The position numbers and the translations under genes were made by a program. From positions 1-64,000 of the forward strand of contig JAAPAO010000099.1 of NCBI GenBank assembly GCA_013115145.1: a DNA stretch of 64,000 nt, read 5' to 3'. Below, piece by piece: positions 36,109 through 47,865 of this stretch (position 1 is its first letter; every line of letters starts with the position of its first letter). Below the pieces are notes generated by a model. That model ran no database searches. It was not told the DNA's origin and worked only from the letters and a program-made list of their open reading frames with translations. The DNA is from Perkinsus chesapeaki ATCC PRA-425. Taxonomy: Eukaryota; Protista; Perkinsozoa.

Positions 36109-37899
36109 GAGATACAGCTTTAACTATGAAATGCAAATAGCTGATACCATTGCTGGGCTGTTCGGCGGCACTTCCTTATCGAATAGTCATTATAAATACA
36201 CCATTCCGCAGTGCTGGAGGCACAAAAACTAACCGTAGGACTTTCCCAAATTATTCTCAGTCGCCAACATGTGTAGCCAAAAACATGCATATAGTCCAAC
36301 ACTGGGGAGAAAAGTTATAGTATAGTATTAACTTGATTGGTAAATAGAAAGGAATTTGCTACAGGCTGTATCCTGTGGGCTACATGTCATTCACATATTA
36401 CCGAATTAAGTGAACTATGGTGAAAACATTATACTACTTGAGATGGGTATGCTGATAGCCGTTTAACTTGAGGTTTATTTAATAGTCGTTTCACCTGGAC
36501 GGTGCTTATCTATTGTAATATTCTAGCCTACTGTAGTGTATTAATGCTTCATACAGTGCCCGGTGTAGCTCGAAAGCTCCTGTGTATCCCTCCATACAGG
36601 TCAGTGACATGGCCGCAAGACACCAGAATGCTTCTACATCATCGCAGCGGATGTGTTTTCACCAGAGTGAGCTGACCGCCTCCTGTTGCTGCGTCCTTCT
36701 AGCCGTATGTTATCAGCACTTTCGGATCCGTCCCGAGCCTGATCATACCACCTTCATAATGCGACTCAATTGCGAAGTCAACATTATGTGCGACTTAGCG
36801 AAAGTAAACAGCCAAATGCGGTTGATGGAATTACAAGAGTTCCCTCTCAGGACTACCTCCTCAACTATTGGAGGGCCCTAGGTCACCTGGTGCATCCGGA
36901 GACTGTGGAGATCGAAAGACTATATCAGGAGCGACGACTGGTCAGTCACGGGCGTCTCCTTACTTTACAATGGTCTCAGGTGCGGGACGTTCTTTTCCAT
37001 GGATCATCCAGCGCGATACTAAGCGAATTTAGTAAGTCTCGAGACCGTTTGTTGCCCGATTCCCATGTACTTTGCAGTTCCCTCTAATGGACCTTCCGAG
37101 CCGCTTGGGTCAGATTCTCGGGAGGTAGGCGCTGTGTGAATTTGGTTCCATGTTTCAGTGCAGCTTCACCTAGGCGATGTTATCTTCTTTGTCAGTATCT
37201 TCTCTCTTTTTGCTTTTGCATCCGGCATGATCAATCAGTGTATGAGCGTTATATTCAATCGCAGTTATAATTCCTCATGTTTTCTAATTCCCTTTCTATT
37301 TTCTACTTAATCGACCATACCATGCCACACAAGACGTTTTCTTGTAGCTACACTAAGCTTTCAAGCTTCTTGGCCATATTGTATCTAGATCTACGGCTCT
37401 GTAGCGGTAGAGTCACCAACGCTATATCAACCGTCCTTATAGGCACATCACTTTGGATCCCAGGAGACTACCCGAGAGAGAACGACCCATCGATTGCAGA
37501 CAGCTAACAGTACAGAGCCCCGTCCTTCATCATTGCCTTGCTATCTTATAGGCCTACCTCGTATGCGACGTCCAGTACTAGCCAAGCCGACCATTCTACT
37601 TCGAATAAATGTTGAAAATGACAGGTGAACAGGCTGATGGCGGTGGATGGCCAAGTGGATCCAGTGCAATATCTGTTCTCTAGCCGACTTAGCTAGAACG
37701 ATACTGAGTGTTCTCTGGATTTCCTATCGCAGTGGTATTCTCTAAGGTACATTATACGTCGCGAGCCTGAGCAGGGTGAGGCAATCGAGTCTACTGCACA
37801 TGGAGATAGCAGTTTGTGGCAAATAGTGGAAGGTGGTGGATCATAGGAGACTGTCCTCGCCGAAGACAGTCATATCCTTCAGTTAATAGTGAGATTAAA

Positions 37900-40200
37900 C
37901 CACCAACGAAGGGGCTGATGTCGGACACGATGGGTCGAGCCCGTGCAAGCTTAGCAAAGTACTACCGCCGCGGCATCTGATCGAGAGGAGCGCAGTTGTG
38001 TATTTCAGGCCGATACAGGCTGCTAGACGACAACTTCCAGGAAGCACGAGCCCACATGCCCCTGTATACCTGGAGAAGGACGACATTCTGAGGTGGGCCA
38101 CGGATAGTGTCATAGTAGATATTTTACAGCCCCAATTGCTTCATCGTAGCCTGGTTTGATATAACAAAGTCGAGTAGTCTATAGGAAGGGCTACCATTGC
38201 TCTACTGAACCACTGTTTGAGCTCTGTACCCTATTGAAGGGGGGTGGGTCTCAAAGGTGTCTCCAAGTGTTCGTCTCGGAAGTTAAAGTGCCCGTTGTTC
38301 GTATTGATGGTACAACACTTGATAGGGGATAGGCTCGTAGTCGGAGGAGAGTTGAATACATTCCTACTGGGGGCGTATCACTCATATTTATGAGTGATAT
38401 AAATTATAGCACTGGCTCGATCTGCTGAGGGTTCAGTAACTATTAAAATGCATGACTGTTCCATCCGACATGCATAATCATACGAACATGATACTATCAC
38501 AATGTTGTGCAACGACCTACAAATACGTCCACTTCACCAACTTGAATATATGCTCTTAATGCAGATTCGGCTCGTTCCGGCTCACCGTTACTGATATTGT
38601 CTTCGACTCCTGTGGTCGCTGTTCTTCAAAGCCTAGCGGAGTGCTCGGAGACACCATTGGGGTGACCCCGAGCGATCAAGGTGGAACTGCAAGCACACCT
38701 CTCCACCAGATTTCTCTCTCAGTCGACCCCTCCGGGGAAATATCACCGAGCAGCAGCTCTGACACCTCTAGCCAAACCTCCTACGAAGCTGCTCCAGTAA
38801 GTGCAACTTACCATTGGTGACCACTATGTATTAAACGCACTGTGTAACCCTGTTGCGGAATATAAGATACCGTTGATGGAAGAACACCTGCCTCCCCCTT
38901 CCCATGTGCTCGAAATGTCTCCCGGGAATTATATCAGTTTTATGCATTTTACGTCATTACAGCCTGCTACCTTACATGCTAAATTATGTTTATCAGGTTT
39001 GTCGTATTTGTTTTGACGAGGGGTCCCGCGAGGATAAGCTGTTGCGGCCATGCGACTGCAGAGGGAGCGTCAAACACATACATCGATCCTGTCTAGAGTG
39101 AGAATCCTCTCTGCTCGTATATTGAAATTGTCATGCATTCCTTAGGAAATGGGTAGAGGGGCAGATGAGAACTCGGCGATTGGATAACGGTGGGGGTACA
39201 TACCTCTTGAGACCCCTCAAGTGCGAGCTATGTCGAGTGTTCTATCGTAATGAATCCTACTCATCTGATCTATTACCGAGGTAAACTCGTCGATGTCGTT
39301 GTGATGAATTCAAAAGATGTCATTTTAGTGCGGCGAGCTGTACATTCCTCTGTAGATTCCACATGCCACCGCTGCATTCATTATTGTAATTTTCAGGCCG
39401 GCTTGTCCCCATGTTGTTCTAGAGGAGGTCCAACCATCTCACAACCATCACGTTCGAGACCAACACTCCGAGGCTCGACGGGTGAATCTGCTGATGAATG
39501 CACATATCTAAGGTTCATCCTCAGATTCACATTGTAGCATTCCCAAAACCGAGCTATGTTGGAACGATAGGGAGATCCAAAGACTGCGATGTTTTGCTCA
39601 CTGATATCAGTGTCAGTCGAACTCATGCCGCTATGAAGTGCGTGTAATTGGAGGACTACTCTTTTCATATTATACAAATAGTTAGTACACCGGATTTGCT
39701 TGCTTGATCATTTTCGAGTCATTACTTACTGTGATCCTCGCCTTCCCTGTCTTTTCGGATGGCTACGATATGGCAGTATATTGGCTTACCAAGCGATAGT
39801 GTCTTACAGCATACTAACAATTTACTGACAGGTGATGCGCGTCAGGATTGGGATTGGATTATCCACCAACATTCATGGCATGTGTTAGAATTTGGTAGAT
39901 AGTCGATTGATGGTGCATTTGTTATATGTCAAGTCTGCTGCTCACTGTATTGCTCTCTAACATTCATATCAGGCTCACTCGGAATCGAATTCTTCTAGTT
40001 GACAGAGGCAGTAAGTTTGGGACCCTTCGAAAGATTGGAGACAGAGTTAGTCGAAGGCCGGCTATCATCTGGTCTATTTGGAATGCTCCTCAGGTTGAGG
40101 TGCCGCCGAACTGCACATTCGTACTTCAACATGGTTCCAGTATGTTTTCGTTCACTGCGTCTAAAGCCCTGAAGTACCGGTTATTCCCTTTGCGATATCT
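37900..40200 (+). CDS. FHA / RING-CH (RINGv) / FHA protein, multi-exon (may extend upstream to about 36600)
   Basis: LEKDDILR/FGSFRLTV, CRICFDEGSREDKLLRPCDCRGSVKHIHRSCLE/KWVE...KCELCRVFY, PHVVLEE, ILLVDRGSKFGTL. Confidence 0.8.
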
Positions 40201-40239
40201 CTCACCGGTGAGTTGCGTACTTGAAAGTCTTTATGTGAG

Positions 40240-41537
40240 AATGCCTGTTAGTAAAGGCGCGATTTGTCCAGCTAAGTTCCTCCTTGCTTTTGACGAAATA
40301 GAAGGGATAAGCCTCATCGAACTTGAACGTTTGATGAGATTTATCTACCGAAGTTCGTTACCTAGCGAATGGTATTGTGTATTTGGTTTATATGAAATGG
40401 CGAAATGTTCCCTATAGGAGGACAAATACTGCTTGTTTGGAATAACACTTGGTAGGCTTTGCCGCCCAAGGAGAGAGAAGTAGCTCGACTGAAAGCGTAC
40501 GCCGAAGGCTTGAAAGATGCCGGGATAGCTGATAAGATTGACAATATGGACGATGATAAAATCATTGCGGAGCTTAAGCGCGTCTTCCCCGAAACTGGCG
40601 TCAGGTGAGCGGACTTGGGTTCACCAGAGGGATATCTTACCATATCAGAATGTATCGCTCATGTCTACCACGTTTGGCCATGATAGAAGAAGCATGGCAG
40701 CATTCACGAACACTCAATATCCCAGCCCACGAGGGGGACAACCCTCGACCAACAATCGTGAGCACGCTTGTCGCCTGCCGTACGAGTATGTGTGCAACTA
40801 GGCGAGTGACGGAGACATCCGAAGAGAATCGGACAGGGAGGACGAGATCAGTCCCCGTAAGCTGGCACCTTTTTTTCATTTTATCTTCAATAAACTTCAG
40901 GGCCTTTGGATCTGTCTATGCTCGGAGCTATTCAGCGGTCTATTGTAACCCCTCTCGCCCGAAGACTAACGTTTTCCGAGGTTGGTGTAAACATACCTTG
41001 TCTGTGGTCGTGTAATTGCTCCTTTGCATTTGGTACTTACGGTACGCATGCCATTTCCGAGAAACTGCACTGAAATTTGCTGGGGAAGATCGAGTCTTAC
41101 CAGAAGAGCTCGCTGGAACTCTTATGGTTGCCTCGAGTTTCCTCTGCGAGAATAGCCAGTGGCTATTAGCCACAGATATACTAAGCCTATGCCAGATGAT
41201 ATCTTCCTACTGGCCCGACTCCACTCTGCTCAGGTTTTACCTGTGGAAAGCCAGCCCTCCCGTGACAGAGCGTTCAGCGTTCCTCGCCCATCTGGCTTGC
41301 GGCCATCACCGCGGACACCTCGCAGAGCAAGCATCTTTTTGCCCTTACAAGTATCTGTTTCATCGTGTTGACATCAGTATCACTGCGTTTTCGCAGATTT
41401 TAGGAATCGAACGGCAAATGATTGATGAAGCCGAGACTGCCCGCGCGGGTGACCATGCGCCGGCAGCCCGGAATATGGTAGATGACATTCTTACACCGCC
41501 ACTGGTGGTCTTTTGCCGTTTCAGGATCGAATTCTAA
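40240..41537 (+). CDS. Hypothetical multi-exon protein with a possible BTB-like segment
   Basis: EIEGISLIELERLMRFIYRSSLP resembles a BTB C-terminal helix; the other exons are unrecognised. Confidence 0.3.
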
Positions 41538-42861
41538 CGGAGCTCACGTCTAACGCTTCGAGATCCTCTGTGTTCCCAACTGGAATTAGCGAGGACTCCG
41601 GGGATATCAATGAATCGAGCAGCCCGGCAAATTGATTATTTGATTGAAGCCTACTTTACCGAGTTAGGTTATTTATTACTCACATTGGTCGTACATTATT
41701 TATTTGAGATATCATTGCACTTCCTGTACTGACATTGCCATGATGCTGCCGTTGGTGTTACCTCTTATGGTTTTGCGTGCAGTATGTTATACAATGATTT
41801 CACACGGCCTTGTACCGTTATCCACAATAGCTCTCAGCGAATTGAGAACTACTCCAGGAGTGTGCGGAGATTACTCGGGACACGTGTGGCCTGGGTGATC
41901 AAGGATTGGCCGGTCAAAATCATGACGACGAAGCATTGCCACTGCCTTTGCGGCAGTGGACGCGCGCGGTATATTATGGCTGCGTAGGGTAGCATATCCC
42001 GCGCGTCATATATCTTTCAGTTTCAGAGTCCTGGGGCCGATTTCACAACGCTGCCTCTCACTTCGCTCCTTACAAATAGGTGCGAGACGCAAGGTGCCTT
42101 GAGCTGTGAGGCGACCTATATCACACCTTACACCTTATGCACCTAATCATAAGGAGCAAGGTGAGATGCACCTCACCCAACGCCTTGCGCGCGAGATTGA
42201 AGCACCCAAAAAGGCGATTTTTTGAAACTTCACCAACTCCGGGAGGTTCAAGCACCAATCGAAAGTGCATGCCATCCTGATTACAATGGTGCCTTGGATG
42301 ATGTCAGATTCGATCAGGTTGCGGAGAAATGCGAGATTAAGGTTCGATGATTTATGTTGGGCCGCCAGAAATTTTCTAAAATTATAATTTATCCGGGGAT
42401 AGGGCCCGTGCGCAGGTGGATCGTATACCACTGGAAAGGGCTACGAATTTCTGATCCAATGCTACCTTTTTCATCCTCAGACTCGATCGACATCACATTC
42501 AGATCGGCGCTGGACCATTTTTTTGACCAGTCTGTATAATAATTACCAACATTAATATACAATACAACACAGTGTACAATACAGCTTGCCAAATAATCAT
42601 AGATTATGGCGTATATTTTGTAAAAATTCTCGGCTATACACGCTCATCCGTGATCCACACTCGAATACATACGTGAATAATATAGTAAAGAAACGCTAAG
42701 ATATTATATCTTCATTTGGGAGGCTGCTGTATATCCCAGTTAAATGCCTTGTTAATATTCGTCTACTACTATTGATTATATTAGTCGAATTAGTGGTAAA
42801 AAATGATAATTTCTCATTGGGACCAAGTTGGTCCCTGTAGTCAAGTTTTTTACGAGCTGCT

Positions 42862-43449
42862 AATACGATATTCACCGCTATTCTGGATAGTGGTGCGTCC
42901 TTGTCGTTGTTCCCTTATGACTTGATCCATTCTGTATCACCTGCTCCAAAGATTGAGCATACAGTGCAGACTCGGCGAATCCATACTGTCATGAATGATG
43001 TCAACTTGGACCTCACTACTGTACTGGCATTCACGCTGTCGGGAAGACAGCTTGTACATATATTTTATATTGTAATGAATACTGCTCTAAGATTTCCCTT
43101 GCTATGATTGATTTTCAGTCAACCTATACGCTTTCCCTAGATTTTAGTGTGAAGCCACATACATATTCGGTGCGCGACACATGTACTACATGTTTATAAT
43201 GCTAAACCACATAATGCGCTGGGACATAAATGTCTATATGAAGTATTGTTCGGAAGAAGCCCAGCCATACCTGACCTAGGACGAAAAGGTTATGATTTGC
43301 AAGAGCTTTATGATATATGGGATGAAGACCTCATGTCCGCACCTCATCATGAGGTACAGGTTAAGCAAGAGGAGCAATCTTGTGCCAACAAGTTGCAGTG
43401 CGACAAGCACTACAAGACCCAACCAAGATTTAAACCAACCATGATTTAG
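42862..43449 (+). pseudogene. Internally deleted LTR-retrotransposon pol (aspartic protease plus integrase C-terminus)
   Basis: AILDSGASLSL protease motif; YNAKPHNALGHKCLYEVLFGRSP integrase tail about 300 bp later; no RT. Confidence 0.7.
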
Positions 43450-44442
43450 AAGATTATGCGGAAGGCAAAGTGGTCATGTGGTACACTAGAAGAGTTAGTT
43501 CAATGCGAATAGTAAGCTTGAGGATATTTATGAAGTGGGATGGAGAGTGATCGACCTTCTACACGGTTTCCTAATACAGCAGTGATATCTAGTGGTAGTG
43601 TGAAGAAGATTATAAACTGGAGATATGTTAAGCCTGATAATCACTGGGGAGAAGACTTCCCAGTAGTAGCGGATCATACAGCGAGAAGCAGTTATAAGGA
43701 TAAGAACGATGAGAAGACCCCTAATTATGTTGTCGATGTAGACAGCGATGATGATAGAGAAGAAGAAAATGAACTACAGGGATGCGTGCAAGACTCGAAT
43801 GAGCTACAGGTTCTAGCGTGGAACACTGTGTTTGTAGTTAGACTTTAATAGATAAGGTTGTTATACCCCTATAAGTTGGGTGTTGAGTTAACCACTAGCT
43901 ATATACTGTTGGTCGCCAACGCGAAGCCGAGCAAGATCTATCTCTGAAAACGATTGGTCAGAAGTCACAAGGGCAAAAGCTCAGTATGCGAGCTGTTATG
44001 TGTAACCAAAAACTGCCAATGTTCCGCCCTCTTTTGCTTGCTCCCGGGAAGTGGAGATATGAGGTGAAAGCAATTAGGAGCAATGCCTTCGTGATACATT
44101 TGACAACCAGTACGGCTACGGCACTGACCATGGATGCCAACACTCACTGAGCGCCTCGATCGTCGGCACAATCGCATGACCGCCCCCGTGCATCGGTATT
44201 TAATCGTCACGTCTTGCCGCGGCATTCGTATAAGTTTCGAACTCAAGCCTACATGCCACTGAAAATCGAAGTTGTGTCTACTGGCTACATCTAAACGTCA
44301 GATTCTACAGGCCATGTTTTGTAGTGCAGCTCACTCGTACGCCATGGTCATGAGATAAAATATGTATAAGGAGAATAGACCAGAACTCCACGAGAGTAAG
44401 CATTCTAAGATAGGATGTTAGACTGAACCAGTACCAGTATCA

Positions 44443-44871
44443 CTAAGTGTGCTCAAATCGTCCTTCCCATTCCTCCGTGGTGGATCTCAACTCGATAGCA
44501 TTCTCGTTGTCAGACGGATTGAAGTAAAACGTCATTTCAGCAAAGTCTCCGATAACGATGCGGAGATCGCCGCAGGCATTCACCTGCTGCACGAGGTTAG
44601 TGCCTGTATGGTCGACCTTCACATTGTACGCTTCTTCCTTTAAATGGACAACTTGATACTGTAACCCTTGAACGGCAAGAGGACATCCCAGAATCACGAC
44701 ATCCATTGAAAACGTGGGGTGACCAGCATTGAAAATGATCTCACCAGTGGCGTCTGGGACGGTACCCCCATAGACGCCGCTGGGGCGAGGAGTAGCTTGA
44801 AGGAGGCCTCTGAGTCCTTCGACGATTAAAGTGGAGATCATGAGAGCAAGGAAGGTGAAGAGACGGGTCAT
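44443..44871 (-). CDS. Intronless predicted secreted protein (about 142 aa)
   Basis: MTRLFTFLALMISTLIVEG is a signal-like N-terminus, followed by PRPSGVYGGTVP; uninterrupted ORF. Confidence 0.65.
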   Translation of the reverse strand: MTRLFTFLALMISTLIVEGLRGLLQATPRPSGVYGGTVPDATGEIIFNAGHPTFSMDVVILGCPLAVQGLQYQVVHLKEEAYNVKVDHTGTNLVQQVNACGDLRIVIGDFAEMTFYFNPSDNENAIELRSTTEEWEGRFEHT

Positions 44872-46031
44872 TAGTGCGAACGTGACTGGAGCTGAAAACG
44901 GATACCGCTTGAGACTGAACTCTAGGAATGCTAGGTCACCTAACCTCGGCGCCACTGTCTTGATCCCTCTGAGGCTTGACTCGTGAAAAGCGAGTAGCGA
45001 AGCACTTTGCATACGCAGCGAACATCTGCGTGACGCGCGAAAGCCTTTCGCGCGCCACGCAGATGTTCCTAAGGTAGCGCAGGTAGCCTTCCGAAAGGCT
45101 ACCTGCGCGGGACTCCCTCCAGGTAGGTAAGGTTTCCTTGTGCCATCTCACCGAGTATACTGGGGTCAATTCCACGCTAAGCATGGAGGTTCTGTGATTG
45201 TAGCCTCGGCCCAACTCAAGGCATTGAAGAGACAAACATTTCGTTACACTGGAGCACACCAGGTGAAGGGTCCTCACTGAGGACTTGCAGTTTCAAGATT
45301 ATTCACCATACGTAACATTTTCCGTACGACTCAGTGTCTGGTTGGAAAGAATTCAGTCTTCACAATAAATCAGGATACGCTGGATTTTGATTATCTTTCA
45401 CCCCCCGTTGTACCCTTGAATACCGCGATATAACTGCGTTGGTGGAGTGGAGGGCTCCACTGGAGCAGTAGTGGTAGGAGGATTGCGTATCCCTTCTGCA
45501 ATTGTCGTTGGTAGATGACATCTACTAGATGTGTGCATGCTCTACTGTATGCGAATCGTTTCAGTCTAACTGCAGCAGCTCAGCCATGTCCGCCTGTGAA
45601 TTCCTTGCATTCCTTTGTTGTTGTAGTAGTTCGTGGGCGTGGCGCTCCTTTCGTTGATGAGCTTTTTGCGTCACAAGGGTTTACTAACCGGACTCTTTTA
45701 TCCGTGCTTTTGGTAAGAACTTCTTACCATCTGATGGTAACCATCAAGCTTGTCTCGCTTCATTATTTGTCTTTGAGGTCTCAGCCTAACCTTGAAGCTT
45801 GCCCGTCCGCTAAATTACAATTTGTAATCTTGTACTGTACAAGGCATGTGGGGTTTTGCTACCTGATTCGGTCTTTGTCTAGCGTAGTACCAATCGTCTT
45901 ATCGATCATGACCCCCCTCCCCCCCACAAGCTAGAAAGCCTAGGTTAAGAGGCAAACCTTTGGGAAGGCTGTTTACGGCAACGTGATTCGAGTGATTTGA
46001 ATCTTCTGCTATAGTGAAGCGTTTCGTGTAG

Positions 46032-46733
46032 GTGATTGTTGATGTTATGTGCCCTCTCTATATCCGTATACCTAGTGGTGAGGACTTGCAGAGGTCTGTG
46101 GATTGTTTCCGCCAGTTGAGTGGCATGATGGACGTTTGGGCAGTGCTGGACGGGACTCACGTCAAAGTCCATCCTCCATCACAGCTGGAAGGAGCGTTCG
46201 TCAATAGGAATCATGAGCACTCCTTGAACTGCCAGGTTGTGTGCACCCACTACCTCGAAAATATGTAGCCTCTCGTCTAGATGGGGAGGGTCGGTTCACG
46301 ACAGTCGAGTTTTTCGGAACTCGGCGCCTTGAAAGCGGGTGGAGGCCTGACGGTTTGAACCTCGTTCTGCTTGGCGATAGCGCGTATTCCAGCGCCTACT
46401 TGCGTACGCCACACTCTAGAGCGGCTCTATCATAGAGTGCTTACTGTCGATCAGCAAGAGTTTAACAATCGTCAACGGAGAGCCAGGACGGTCTTCGAGA
46501 GGTGCATTGGAGTACTCAAGATCAAGTTCAGGTCGTTGAAGGACTTCCGTATTAGGGGACCCAGGCAGACTGGTGCGAACTCCATGGAGCTCACTGCAAA
46601 CGCTATTCGCCGAACATGCCCGAATAGTATTCGCGCATGTGTGGCTCTCCGTAACTTTCTGATCGTAGACAGGGCCGAGCAAGTAGAAGATGTTGACTCT
46701 GATCTTGGTGATTCCAGCCCCTCGTCGGGGTAA
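46032..46733 (+). pseudogene. PIF/Harbinger transposase (DDE_Tnp_4) pseudogene
   Basis: VLDGTHVKV...NRNHEHSLNCQVVC, LLGDSAY...LRTP, FNNRQRRARTVFERCIGVLKIKFRSL; stops, frameshifts and a missing PGSxHD block. Confidence 0.85.
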
Positions 46734-47865
46734 ATTGTGTATGAGCTATGTACTTTGTAACTTATTTGTAACGGATTTTGTGGAATCGTTCTTATCTTGA
46801 ACCGAACTAGGGCTTGAGTTAGCTTTAAGGCAAAAACACTAGTGGACGGCACTTTTCCTAGTGAGGATGACGTTCCGAGCAGTTACTGGGAAAGTGAGAA
46901 TGCACTTGAACACTGTGAGTGGGCACCCGTGCCGAGTACTCGGCCAAACATCTCGGAATACTCTCCTTTCCGAGCTGTTCCACTTGAACAGAGACGTGCT
47001 CGGATTTGGCGGGCTCGGACTCGGAACTCGGAGGTCGTTACTCAGACTCGGAACTCGGAGCAGTTGAGCACTTTAATGGGCTCCAGGAGTCCACTCTGAG
47101 GGCCTCTCCATTGTAGCCCTCATGTATTAACAGTTTCCAACCTTTTCACACTACTGTACGGCTTCGTCCACCATCCCATGGAATATAGCAAGCCTATCCT
47201 AATCAGGTCCACCACAGCTGAGGTTATTTTTCGTGTAATGATTAGACTTGTCCCATTATCGTATGAGCTTAGTAGACCGAGTGCATCTGAAAGTATTTTA
47301 AGTTGGAATTCCCAAGGTATCGTTATATGTTTGAAAACGCGTCCTCGATAGTAGGCAATGCCTCGCATATTGTATCGCGCGCAGTAACTCACTTCAACAC
47401 AACACTAACCTCGTCGATGAAGTTACCTCATATTTTCAGCATCCCGTCACGATCCATTGCCAATGTCAAACGGGCAGCATAAACAATAATCTAGAGTAAG
47501 CTAAAACAACAGTTCCACTGTCGAGTGGACTAGATCAGAATGGTATCGATCGGTGGTCAAATGGATGAAGGGGATGCGAGGATGATGATAATAATGATGA
47601 AGGAAATGCCAGGAGCGACCTAGCGTAACTATTCGTAACGGCTTTTTATTAGTTTAGTATTATATGTACACTTAGGCAGATCCAAAGGATAAGCAAATCC
47701 TGGTGGTGGTGGTATCAATCATAGAGATAACATAGCTTGAGCTTGTACATCTCATTACTAGGAAACATCGCACATGATGAGACCTTATGCAGACAAACTA
47801 CATTCAAGAGTATTAATAATAACAACTTACTACTACGAAGAAAGATACAAAACTATATCGAATGT

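Noticed and set aside
39760-39775. Second SL relict on the minus strand
   Set aside because: Only about 10 nt match, within chance.
42829-45290. One-sided 7-8-bp odd palindromes (about 42830, 43172, 45272) as footprints
   Set aside because: They lack the duplicated core, and a few such palindromes are expected by chance in 64 kb.
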